Shown here: one piece after another, positions 37,447 to 49,915 of the stretch
How positions within the stretch are numbered: position 1 is the first letter of the stretch
Layout: the number at the start of each line of letters is the position of its first letter
Assembly: GCF_000143415.4 (NCBI RefSeq)
Contig: NW_003314333.1
Coordinates: 695,207 to 759,206 of the forward strand
DNA length: 64,000 bases
Source of the DNA: Selaginella moellendorffii
Lineage: Eukaryota; Plantae; Lycopodiophyta
Direction: 5' to 3'
Made by a program: the position numbers and the translations under genes
Notes under the pieces: generated by a model
What the model saw: only the letters and a program-made list of their open reading frames with translations
Databases searched by the model: none
What the model was told of the DNA's origin: nothing

Positions 37447-40400
37447 CATGGGAGGTCAAGTACGGAAAGGGACACAAGTCCTTGGAATGGTAGCCGGGGC
37501 TACCCCTAATAAATGCTGGAACAACCCAAGGAGTTGGGGGTGTACTCAAAAGATGAGTTGGTGTTCTCATCACATGGACAAGTGGTCCTAAGGGGCAAAG
37601 GGCTGCCCAAGAGAACAAATCAAGTATCGGAGTAACACTTGAAAAGATGGTCCTTGTGAACAGGACCTGAATACAAGAAAGTTATATTCCAGTGAGCTGG
37701 CACCTCGAAAGTAAGACGTTATAGGTCGGGGGATTAGCAAAGTCCAAAATGCTGGATGACTCAAGTGGAGTCAGGGAATGGTCCTAAAGGATTGGCAGAA
37801 GCATTTGGACTGAGGTGTATGGTGCCCCATGAGGTATGGGGAGGATCATAAGATCCAAGTGTGAGAGCAATGGGTATCTCATTGATGGCAGAATGTGCCA
37901 TACTAAAGTTGTGGGAAGGATGTTCCTTGAAGAAAGCAACTTTGGCCCATAATTGGGTGCAAACACTATGGTGCAGTGCTAACGGATAGTTAGCATAAGG
38001 CACAACTATATTGGTCTTGGCAAAGACCTAAACACTAATAAGTAGTGTCATAAGGATAGGCTCGTTGGGCTAATGGTGTGGAGACACCAAATGTGCCAAG
38101 GTGTGATACCTTGAGGTTATGATGGTGGGTTCATAAGAACCCCTTGCCAAGGGAATCCCAACGGAAGTGGGAATGGCAAGGCCTAAGCTGGAAGGCATGC
38201 GGTTGGAGTGTGGTGACCCAGATAATGATGGAGGTGTGGAAGCACCAAGCAATGAGTTGTAGGACTTGATAGCTATGGGGCAACTAAACAAGAGGGGCAA
38301 GATAATTGGTTAAACGGGTAGAAGGTAGCTACCCAAGACTTCTTAATGGTATAAAGAAGTTAGATATACCCTTACGGGGGATAAATTGCTTATGTTGCGA
38401 TATAGTAAGTCAATGTCATGAAAGGAAATACTCATTGTCAAGGAAGCCGTCATTGGGACACCCGAACACTCTAGAACACCAGGAGGTGGTGTTTGATGTC
38501 GCGAGGGCAATAGATAAGGCCCAAGGGACTAAGTCCCTAGCAAATGATGGATAGAAGGTGCTATCCAAATGTCCAAGGTGGCGGAGACAGAAGAAGACTG
38601 TCTACTCGAATTGGACAAAGCCAAAAATGGAATTTTGGCAAGGCTGGCGATGGGCATGTAAAGGCCCATAAGCAACAACGTAATCTCGGTGTGTGGGATT
38701 ATAGGGTGAGCATACCTGGATTGAGGAACCACTCCCTAGGCTATCGAGTAGGTTCATCCCTAAGAATACTTGCTAAGGCATGATAGAAAGTGCAAAGCTA
38801 TCCTCCTGGTCTGGAGGAGAATGACCAAAGGAAAGGTGTGAAGCCAAAGGCAAGAAGTAAGGGGGTAGAACCGAACCATAGGAATCGAAGGGCATAACCA
38901 AGGTTGGTTATGCCAGCTGGGAGTGGAGAATCAAGTGGGGGCACGAGGGTGTTGCCGCTAGCAACCATGATGCCATGGAAAGTCTAAAATATGGAATTGT
39001 CCATATTAGACTATATGGTAATTGGAAAGCTTGCAAAAAGGGAGGCCTTAGCAAGCTAAGGGACAGAGTTCCTTCAAGGTTCCCAAAGATGATTCTAGGT
39101 AGCTTAGTACCTAGAAAGGCCAAGCGTAAATGATTCAAGGAACACGCGAAATCAGAGTGGCGCAGCAGAAGCGTGGTCTTGAAGCTTGCCATGAGGCAAG
39201 GCTATCAAGGTTAGGGAAGTAGTTCCCGAGTGTTCAAAGAGAGGGCTTTGAATGAAAGTCGATGATCAAGGGCTTTCACGCTTGTGCAGGAACCATGTTA
39301 CAGTGGTTGGAGGGCTTGCCAAAGCGAGATTGGCAAGTCAGGGGAACAAATACCCTAGTTGAAGTTGATAACTTCAAAAAGGGGTGGGGCATGGGGCCAA
39401 GTGTGGAGGAGTCCATGCATGATCACAGACTTGTCAAGTGAGAGGACTTGGCAGTGTGGAGGAACTAGGTTCCTAAGCTGTGATCTGTAGCGCGCTTTGA
39501 GTATGAGTTGGTGCACCGACGTGGGGAGTCACACCAGGCATTTAGGGTGATGCTGTCTGTAGATGCATATACGGAGGTTGGGTTCGAGTCCCGACCCTCT
39601 AGTGCTTGGGTTCGAGTCCCAACTCACTAGGGCGTGGTGATGGTTTGGAATATGAGGACACTCATTTTTCGGTGGTCATGGACTCTCAGTGTGGAGACTG
39701 GTTTGGGCACACCGCCAAGCGAGGGATGTCTCGGAGTCGTGATGCACGGTTAGATTGTTTAGAGTGAAAGCTCAGCATATCTAACTTGAACACTTTGGTG
39801 CAAAAGGGCACCAAGGACGTGGTGAATGAGATGGGGACACCCAGTCTCGGTTGCTATGGATCCTTGGCCGGAAGGGCTGGCTTGGGCGCACCGCCAAGTG
39901 TGGGGGATGCCCCCGGGGTCATAGTCAACAACTTAGTAATGTCTGGAAGACCTAATTCCTATTGGTAGACCTATTAAGGGGTCAAGATGAGATCACTAGG
40001 TGATCTTATGGCTAAACAAGGACAAGGTCTTTGTTTGGGTTAAGGAATATGATTCCTAGTTCAAAATGTTGATTTGAACTATTGATAAAGGTGATGTTTG
40101 GTCAAGGTGACTAAGTGGGAAGGACACCTAAGGGAAATGAACTACTATAATACAATGGTATTATGAGTTCAAGAAAATAGTCTCCAGAGACAGGCCCATG
40201 GGTGGGTCACAAAGTTGGGCTAGGAAGAGAGCCTAGAACAGTTGGGGAGACTTACTAGGGGTGAACACCCTAGTCTGGGCAAAGTAAAGTCTTTGCTATG
40301 GAATCAAGAGGATACCTCGACAATGGAGGTAATGATCCGATGTTGTTAGGTGCAACAATCAAGGATATGAGCAAAAGACTAGTGGCCAAGAAAAGAGCCA

Positions 40401-43400
40401 TGGGAATCATGGGAAGCAATCCAAATGGCAAAGTTAGCCAAGGAACACAAATGTGTTTGATGCTAGCGGATTGCGGAAAAGGAAGTGGACTTCCAAGGAT
40501 AGATTCCCAAGTGCTCCAATTTGGCGAAGTAAAAGCTCCAAGTGAGGAGCGGCAAAGTAGCCAAAGGATAGGGTCGTGGACAGCCCTGGCACAAAAATAG
40601 AAAAGAGGATGAGGGTGCCCTCAAGTAAAGAACTTCCTAGGAGGGGAAGTGGAGTTGCACAAAATGTGCAAGGCAAGGTGTCGGAGACACCTAGGAAAGT
40701 GACTTCAAGAAGTCAAAAGCAAACATTCCAAAGTGCAAAGGTAGATCAATGGAATCTGTGACTACTCAAGAATGAGTAGTGGAATTGAGTTAGAGAGGGT
40801 GTCTCTAACGGGTTTAGCAAAAACTAAACCAATAAACGGAAAGAACCACCACAAGTGGTCCAATCAGTCTCTAAGTTGGAGAGACTATCCTCCTTAGAGG
40901 AGGGACAAGGCATGGTGAGCCTTCGGGGTTAAACCATAGACAAATATTGGCCGGGTGCCAAGGATGGGAATGGTAATACCTGCGGATGTTACTTTATAAA
41001 AGGGTTTACCGTTCGATGAGGACATCGAACTTCGTCTATGGGTGGTGGAGTTGTGAGACACAAAATCCCTAGGCCCCAAAGTGGAGCTGGAAAGGGTGCC
41101 ACGTGGTAGTGGCCGAAGTGAAAGCCAAACGAGCGTAACACGTTTGGACTAAAAGCTCTGACTTGAAAGGTTGAGAGCGGGAGTGGAACTCCCAACAAAG
41201 TGCTCAAGGAGCGAGCACAAAGCGAGCAATAAGCAAGGCTCCAAAAGGGGACCCAAAAAGGAAGAACACATGACACGTGGAAGTGTCCGAGATGGAGTCC
41301 GAGATGGACCCTAGTTGGAGTCCGAGATGGACCCGAAGTGGAGTCCGATATGGAGTCCGAAGTGGAGTCCGAGATGGAGTCCGATATGGAGCTCGAGATG
41401 GACCCGAAGTGGAGTCCGAGGTGGACAAAGACGGAGTCCAAGATGGACCCGAGATGGAGTCCGAGATGGACCCGAGATGGAGTCCGAGGTGGAGTCCGAG
41501 GTGGACCGAGACGGAGTCCGAGATGGACCTGAGATGGAGTCCGAGATGGACCCGAGATGGAGTCCGAGATGGAGTCTGAGGTGGACCGAGACGGAGTCCG
41601 AGATGGACCTGAGATGGAGTCCGAGATGGAGTCTGAGACGGAGTCTGAGATGGAGTCCAAGATGGAGTCTGAAATGGAGTCCGAGAAGGACCCGAGATGG
41701 AGTCCGAGGTCGAGACCGAGACCGGGACCGAGACCGAGACCGAGACCGGGACCAGGACCGAGACCAAGACCGAGGCCAAGGCTGAGACCAAGCCCGAGCC
41801 CGAGTCTGAGTCCGAGTCCGAGTCCGAGTCCGAGTCCGAGTTCGAGTCTGAGAGGGTGAAAGCCCAAAGCGTTCGTCTCCCAGACCCTGGGGGGTTTGGT
41901 GAGCTCCAAAAGTATAGTAAGGGGGAGGGCTGCAGTGGAGCCAGTTTGGCCAGGAAAGGCCAGTGTGGCCCAGGAAGGCCAGACCCAATGTTGGGTGATG
42001 AACTGACCACTGGGAAGTCCAAGACTAGAGTGAATATGGACCGACAAGCGGGGTAGCTTGGTGAAGTGTTCAAGAGCCGGCTCTAGTTCCCCCGGGAGAT
42101 CGACTGGCCGATGCTCCCAGTCCAAGTGTGGGTGGCACTACCTACTTGGATACCAGGCGTGGCTCAACGGAACCTCGCTCTAAGCCCATGGCTAGAGCAC
42201 CTAAAGGCGAAAGGTGGGGAGAGTACCCAGGTGGCTCGCATAAGGCCACGGTGTTCCAAAATGTTGTCCCAAAGGCCCAGACTGTGGAAAGGAAGAGGAG
42301 TGGTCCTCTGGGGTAGTGACCAAGGACACAGTCATGTGGTGAGGAAGTCCCAGAGGACCGTGGGACTTAGTGGTCGGGCCTGTGGGCCTCGATCCAGTGG
42401 CAGTGTTGGCAAACACGGCCAGGGGCAGAAAGGGACTTGGTAGGAACTGACAAAGGGACTTTGGGGAAGGCGATTCCCCAGGTCTGTGGGCATCCTAAGG
42501 ATGCTAAGGAGTGGATCTAGGATGACCACTCGTGGACAGATGGCCCAGTCTTGGAGAGACGGGATGGTGATGCAAGTGGTATTGGACCACTAGTGCAGCA
42601 AAGGTGAATGGGCATAGCCTTAGCGTAACGGGCCGAGATGTTAGTGGTATCTTTAGGTGTCGGTCTTGGGACCGGACACGTGGAGCACTTGGACCAGGTG
42701 CAAGTGTTGAGTGGAATGGATGCCATTCTTGGGGCTAGCAAGTCCCAAGTCCTAAATTGGACTGATGGAGGTTGTGAATGAGACTCCTCCAAGTGGTCGG
42801 AGGTGTGGCTAAGTGACTAAAGTAGAATGGAAAATTTAGTCCCTTACACACGGATCCAAGCCCAACACTTGCCTCTTGGAAGCATCGCCACACACCTTAC
42901 ATTTGATTTTTCTGGCACTCGACGGATTGCTCATTGCTTCGGCTTCACGTTACAATAAGCAATTTTAACTTCCTGTGATGCACTTTCTTTATCAGCCACT
43001 TGAGGTGGCTTGGTTCGGGGGCGATGTCTTGGAGCAGAATGATACTCAACATCATACTTGTAAGAGCTTTTTGCTCTAAGATCCATGCCAACATCTTCAC
43101 CAGCAAAGGAAAAGCGACGCTTTGAGCAGACGGTCTTCATATCACCAACAAAAGCCTAAGGAGTGTACTCCATAGATGTGCCGCGGACCACTTCCTCCAC
43201 TGTAGTTGCCACTATTCGTGTTGGTGGAGTCACTTTCTTCTTCATCCGATTGTGTAACATCTCAACCAAAGGTCCTATTCCCAAGTATCTTCCTTCCTTA
43301 AATGCCAAGGCTTTTGAAATTTGCTCTACAGTGCGTATCAAATCTGATAGACATGTTTTATATAGATTCATCTTCCCTTTCCTTGCCTCAGAGGAACACT

Positions 43401-45399
43401 AGCTCCAATATTTACTCTCTAAGAAATTCATAGTTAGGGTGTATGCAATATCCTCAAGTGGTTGATCCTAATGGAAAATGCAATATTAAAAAGTAATAAA
43501 ATAAAAATAAAAAATAAAAACCAACCTGAAAAGAGTGATGTCTCCATTAAAACATTCTAACTTCCCACCACCCCAACCACGACTCAAGTTGTGGTAGACA
43601 ACTTAGGTCAATATGGCCATCTTCATGCCACCACATTCGGATCTCATTTGCTTTTGCCTCATGCTCTTCTTCAGAAGGTGCAACCTGCCATTGTTTACAT
43701 AACTCTTTAAATGCTAATTGGAAATCTAACTTGATAAGGTGGTAGTGTTAGTTTAGGCTCTAAGCCCAATGGAATTCACAAGTCCTCTTACGACCTTCTA
43801 GGGGTTGATTATTCCCAAAGACTGTCCAGACACCATTCCAATTAGCCCCAGCCCCATCTGCCATAAAACCACGAAAGTTGGCAAGCTTACCAATCTGCTT
43901 CAATATAATGTCGGAGAGGGACTTCCAAAATATTTTCTAAGCCATCTGGTCTTGTACTTTAAACTCTGTTGTTGCAATTGTCAAATTACAATATAGCCTG
44001 TGAAAAGGGCAATGCTTAAAACCATTTTAAGATAATAAAACTACCTTGGATCATACACTTGAGCTCCCATGATTGTCTAACCCACCACCCGCTCCATATG
44101 GTCAAAATGTACCCATGCATTAGCAAGGTCACTTGATCCAGACATATGCATTTGGGAAACAAGATCCACACCAGAGGCGGGGCCTATGGTAAACATTTTG
44201 AAAATGAAGGGGTGCTTTTGCTCACTAACGATTTGATCTGGAAATAAACTCCCATAGATAAACTCATAGGGACAAGTCTGTTTTAGTTCAAGGATTGAGT
44301 TCAATTTTTAATTGGAGTTTCCCCTCTCGAGATTCACACATCCAAAACTTTATTCTAAATAAAACAAAATGTAAGAGAGATATTATTGAAAAGTATGTAA
44401 TAATATTTTCATACCTCATGAGGCTAGTTGTAGGTTGCATGTGTCATAGTAACTCCCACAAGCTAGCCTCATCCAGTTAAATATTCTTGCAGTCTAGATC
44501 AAATATGCTAGAATTACTTACAGATTTTTTGTCTTCCTTGCTTCCCATCTCTGTAAACCCTAAAGAATGAACAAGTGAATCAGTGTTTCAAATTATTTAT
44601 ATATTTCTGGTCAATTTTTGAAATGTTAAAATGTTGAAATGTACAATAGAAATTTTAGGTTTATTTGAACTTTAATATTCCCATTTTATTTGGGACCAAT
44701 AAAGCCCAAAAAATTCTATGGGTTCAAATGAACTTCTAATTCTAGAAACAGTATTTTATTGTATAAATTGCATTAGAAAAATTAAAAAAATAGAAATTTC
44801 TCTGAACCATTGATATTTAAATTGATAAATTTCAAGTTCACCAAAGAATAACATTTTTCTGACTTAATATTTCCTTATAAGACTTATGGTTGATTATGTT
44901 GACTAACATTGACTTGCGCTGAATTAAGCTCAACTCATGAGCTCAACTCAACTTTGGACCATCCCTGATCTAAGCACAATGATAGCTAGAATTCTAAATC
45001 TTGCAAAAAGCTAATATAAATCTAGATCCTAAAGAGAATGAAGAAATAAGAATAAAAAAGCACAATCCCAAACACTAAAGCAAAGCACTACCAAAAATCT
45101 TTGCTTTTCATGCATAAATTGCAATGTCTCTCACCTCTACCAATGTGAATGTTCAGGATATAGGAATAAGTATACTAATTAGGGTTTAAGCCCCTGCTTA
45201 TATACAAGAATGGATGGATTAGATTCAGTCCCAAATGGATGATCCATATGCTATAGTACTATAATTAGTGTATTATCTAACTAGGGTAATAAATGTATTT
45301 ATGTATTTACAAATCTTATAGTTTTACATTTTAAAACTATATTTAAAATAATTTCTGGTAATAGTTTGGGCTCCTAGTGATAGAAGGTCTTCAAAGCTG

Positions 45400-46278
45400 G
45401 GTGCCTAGTGAAATCATGTGCTGAGTCATATAAGGTTGCACTTGCTGCAGCAGTAAAGGTCCATTTCAACAAATGCTTGTATCAAAACCCCCTATTTCCG
45501 GAAAGTAGTTACACAGAGCTTCGTATGGGAAGCAAAGCTTTAAAGGCAAATGGTCAACTCTCAGCACACATTCAAGTCATAATGCAGTGTGGGCAACTAA
45601 AAGTGAGGATGGATTTCACAGTACTGGAAATGGAAGGGTGTATGTAGTCTTTCAAATGGAATGGTTCCATCAATATGTCATAGCACTGCATGGACAACAT
45701 AAAAATCTCATAGTGCTTGACAACTTGGCTGGGGAACATTCTCAGATTGAGGCACAGTATCTATATGTCAGGAAAGAGAGGCTTTTGATACAAGCCTAAT
45801 ATCATCTCCTCATGACGACAATTGACTAAGGGAACCAAAGCTTTGCTCTTGTACCTGGTTACAACTCCTGATGTGAAAGAGGAGCAATCAGGAATGCCAA
45901 TAGCCATCTAAGAAAGGTTTAAAGACATTATGCTGGACCACCAGCAAGAGTTTTCGAACACAAAATCAGATGGAGCACTAGTAATGGTAAGTCTGCCATA
46001 TCATTTAAATGCAAAAGAGCTGGGTGAGCTAAAGTCTCAACTTAAGGATTAGGAATATATTCGACCAATTAAATCTCCTTATAAAGCATTAGTGTTGTTT
46101 GTGAAAAAGAAAGATGATAGAATAAGCACACTAAAAAGAACAAATACCCTCTAGCATGGATAGAGGATGAAGTATTTCTCATATTGATTTATGATTTGGT
46201 TATCATCAAATACAAATTGTGGGGATGTAGAGAAGACAACTTATTAAACACACTATAGGAAATTCTTAGTGATGCCTT
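45400..46278 (+). pseudogene. Ty3/gypsy pol fragment (protease-RT)
   Basis: PYHLNAKELGELKSQLKD, YIRPIKSPYKALVLFVKKKD, KNKYPL, GYHQI, FLVMPF; stops and deletions. Confidence 0.85.
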
Positions 46279-47520
46279 TTGAAGCCATTTCTCCACACTA
46301 ATAAGTTTACCTACCATGTGCTGGTGCCGGACATTCTTACAGAAGACATGACCTCATTTTCATACATGGGACGGAAGACTACGGTGGACATACTGAAGTT
46401 TTTCCAAGCTGTGGAGAAGGGTCCGAGCTTGTATAGCACGAACCGGAATCTTGATATTCAGTTCATGACTGGGACCACTGGGCTGCGTTGCAGCCCCAGC
46501 TGGTTACTTATATGTCAGCGAGTGAAGAAAAGCTACCGGTGCGTATATCAACACCCGAGTGTTCATGGGAGGTCCATCTTACAATTTATGGCGTGCGCTC
46601 ATTCTAGCCTATGCTCGTGATGAAGCGGCTCTCAACGCGCTGAAATGTGTTGACTACGACAGGCCGGACAGTCTGCTCCAATTTCTCAAAGAGGGAAAGA
46701 AGCTGCAAAAGGTTTACCTTAGAGCCTCTATATTCGACGATGGCAACTCGCTAGATGACAAAGATATCAGATCAGATTTGCTGGTCGATCTTTTGTGGAG
46801 TCGCTTGCTCAGGTGTGCGTCGTCGTCTTCTGTGCATTCATACAAAGCAAGCTGCGCAAAGAGCTTATAAAGGACACTGCTCCGCCTCAATTCATCGTTT
46901 GCGGAGAGTATACGGTAAGTGCCTGTTTTGGAAAACTGGTTCACTGACTAGAGAAAGGAACTAGTTGCCTGCATTGGCATGTACCTCGAAACTACGGAGG
47001 TGTACACTCCTACAGAGACAGACACTTGGGTGGTTAAGGACCTCATGTTACTCAAGTCTTCATGTCTTTTGGTCAGCTGTCCAGCCATCTCAAGGATATC
47101 GATTCCGCACTTCGGGTGCTCAAGAGCAATCACTACTCAAAGAAGCCGGCCGAGGACGTCTGTCCAGAGTGCAAGTGTGCTGAAACCTGCAGGATGATAA
47201 GTGGATAAGCTGTACTTACTGTAACGTCTGGTTTCACTGGCTCTGCACCACTGCTACTGAGGAAACTTGGGAGTTGTGGTTGTGTGATAACTGCCGTGCT
47301 CCTGGTAAGTATCATACCTGTCTCTTGCTAACTTACACGCCTTCGCCTTCTGACGCCTCATTTTGCAGATGATGATCCCGATGTGGAATTGCCTCCACCA
47401 GTTTCGGATGCTGGTCGAAGGCATGGAACATTTCAGAGGACACATTAATCTCTTTCTAGTCGGAGCTTCTTCCTTCTGTGCAAACGAGTTTAAATGTGCA
47501 AATCGGGATCTGATTTGGCT
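46279..47520 (+). pseudogene. Putative Crinkler (CR)-like NTPase pseudogene
   Basis: FSYMGRK...MTGTTG (Walker A broken), RCVY, LWRALILAYA, IFDDGNSLD (Walker-B-like), later TGSAPLLL; frameshifted. Family assignment is from remembered motif order only. Confidence 0.5.
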
Positions 47521-48340
47521 ACAACAACCTCAAACGTTACGTTATTTCCGTACTTAAAAGTAGTAATGTAATTGCCATTAAATAAAATCACCAGTAAAAT
47601 AACAAAGCTCGAGGTGTCTTGTAAGGTATGGTCGCATTCTCTTCCTTGGTGAAGAATTGCGGTATGAATTCACATCTAATAGAGCATGGCCTGTTCACTG
47701 TAGTGCCAGGTGATCCAAAATATGGTCATTTTTTGGTTCGGTACAGAAGCATGGCCAGTTATTACTTTTGAATTTTATAGCTGTTGGCAGAGATGGCGGT
47801 GGAAATAGCTGATGAAGAACTGAGATGAAGGGGAGATGGTGCCATCGATTGGGGCGCTTTGAAGCAGACTCTCAGGAGCAGACGCCCAGGAGATGTTGAG
47901 GCATCGACGTTTTCTCCTTCAAGGTCACAGCTCACAAGCACTGCTCCCAAGAGCTCCTCGTCATCACGTTGCTCGATCCTCTCATACGAGACTTGAGGGC
48001 ATGGCCTAGAGAGAGTGAGAAGAGGACTGTTGACACAAAGAAGCAATTCCCTGCACAAAACAACAAACACCCAGGTAGCAGCATTGACCTCGACTTGCTG
48101 TCGACACTAACCTTCTATGCCATCCCCTCTTTCCAGAAAGCGAATATTGTTACGGTGTCAATCCGTACGAAGTACGGACAGACCCAATCATTTTTGGTTG
48201 TACATTGACCAAAAATCTCATGAATAAAGATTCATTCGATGGTCAAACACAACAAGCAGCAGCGAGACACATCGTTAGGCGCATTAGGATGAGGAGATTG
48301 CTAGCTCAGGTAGTTAGGGTTGTAGTTGCAAACTAGGGAA

Positions 48341-49190
48341 TGCTTCCTACGGAGATGGCAGTGCCACCTCTGCCCCCTCCTCTTCCTCCTCTTCCTCTTC
48401 ATCCTCCAGCACCACCTCCAGTAGTACTGTCATAGCAGATTTGGCTAGCTCCGCTTAAACTCACAGCTTCCGAATTCTCAATTTGGAAGAGGAAAATATT
48501 ACCTCGATGATCGTGGCAAATCATGGCGAATGATATTGAACCATCCTGCTGCTGCACAAATTGATCACGTGGGCTGCACTGAATAGGAAGGCTTTAGGGA
48601 AATTTTTCGAAGCTTTGGATGCATTCTAGATGTACAAAAGCTTGTGAAATCTGGAGCACACTGAAAGCAACCTATGAGCAACAAACTTCATCATATTGGG
48701 TTTATCTCCACCGCAAACTCTTCACGATGGCAATGTCTGAGGCTGACCACCTCCTACATTGCTGCCGTTAAGGAGATCCTCGACGAATTGATGGCTGTTG
48801 AGGCACAGACGGAAGAAGAAGAAGAGTGCGAATATCTCCTTTCGACTCTCCCTTCATCTTTTGACACGGAGATCTAGTCTCTTCAACCATCAATTCCTGG
48901 AGGAAAATCTCTTTTGTACATCTGGAAACATTGCGCAGGTTGTGTGCATCCAAAGCTTGGAAAAATTTCCCTAAAGCCTTCCTATTCAATGCAGCCCAGC
49001 AGCAGGGTCTGGTTCAATATCATTCGCCCAGTCCATGTTCATCAAGGTAATACTTGATTTTCCTCTTCCAAATTGAGAATTCGGAAGCTGTGAGTTTAGA
49101 CAGTCACTACTGGATCAAAGGAAGGCGGTGCTGGAGGACGAAGAGGAAGAGGAGGGGGCGGAGGTGGCGCTGCCATCTCCGTAGGAGGCA
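48341..49190. repeat. Inverted repeat, arms 48341-48640 and 48911-49190, ~270-bp spacer
   Basis: Arms are reverse complements with small indels, e.g. AAACTCACAGCTTCCGAATTCTCAATTTGGAAGAGGAAAAT and its reverse complement. Confidence 0.9.
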
Positions 49191-49915
49191 CCCACAAATA
49201 TGCCACCTCCACGTACTTTTATTCCACGTAGTTTCCATGCCCCTCCACACACTGCAAGCAACTGAGATGCTCCGCATCGAGCATGGCATCCACGGCTCCT
49301 CTCAAGCCCGGCAGCACAACTGTAGCCCCAAGCTTGAATAGGCACGCCACTCCCTCCTGCTCCTTGCTGTAGACTTCAAGGGAACAAGGTGCCTCCGAGA
49401 CTACTTCAACTGCTGAGGGATGGCAGCTCTGTCTGCTGAGACAAAGAAAGAGTGGTCGCCAACTTTGTGGAAAAAACAGCATCTATATCTGCCTTACGTC
49501 CGAGTGAACAGCACTAGACACAGTAGAATGTTAGAAAATGCCGATGCAAGGCATTTGCTGCTCAGATTTGCTGCTAAGAGTTGCGTTCGATCGTATGTGC
49601 TTGTCCAGGGCAGAAGGAAGATCAATGCAGGTGCTTCAGTCTGTTTATCATTGTTTCTTGTTCTAACAACAAGTGAATATTTCTTTGGACAACATTGGTG
49701 CAGCTTTTCTTCCTCAATACACTGGTTTTGTTTGATCCATATTCTCCAGAAAGAGCTGGGCAAGCTTAATATCATGATGATCCAAGCAAGTAAGTTTCAT
49801 TGATTGCTTGTCTTTGTTTATTTTTTTGGCAGAGTTCCTGGTCAATCTTTGGAGGACTATTCTTTTGATTCCAACAAAAACCACACAAGCATGAAATAAG
49901 GTTGCATCCGGCCGA

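Larger units (their letters stand above)
34665..42848 (+). mobile_element. Full-length non-autonomous Ty3/gypsy LTR retrotransposon (family A, copy 2)
   Basis: LTRs 34665-36435 and 41052-42848; TSD CACGG (34660-34664, 42849-42853); PBS TGGTATCGGAGC 36439-36450; PPT ~41038-41051. Confidence 0.95.
33960..44550 (-). pseudogene. MULE transposase with SWIM zinc finger, interrupted by family-A copy 2
   Basis: FDHMERVVG*TIMGAQVYDP; FRGFMADGAGANWN...RTCEFHW (DDE core and CxxH, ~43770-43990); SWIM motif CTC..(n)..CKH at 33988-34293; premature stops. Confidence 0.85.
33388..44966 (-). mobile_element. Mutator-like (MULE) DNA transposon
   Basis: 8-bp TSD GATCTAAG (33380-33387, 44967-44974); imperfect TIRs rich in GAGTTGAGCTCA; internal transposase relic. 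Confidence 0.8.
31507..45320 (-). mobile_element. Non-autonomous LTR element with ~180-bp LTRs (31507-31689, 45144-45320); host of the MULE
   Basis: Direct repeats; PPT AGGGGAGGATGG on - strand at 31690-31701; TGGTAGAG PBS-like motif next to 45144; probable TSD GTTTT; no recognisable pol. Confidence 0.7.

Noticed and set aside
39573-39630. tRNA gene
   Set aside because: Only T-arm-like hairpins; no D arm, anticodon arm or acceptor stem could be built.
47762-48208. Coding-like ORFs on both strands
   Set aside because: No identifiable domain or consistent exon structure; possibly a gene fragment but unsupported.
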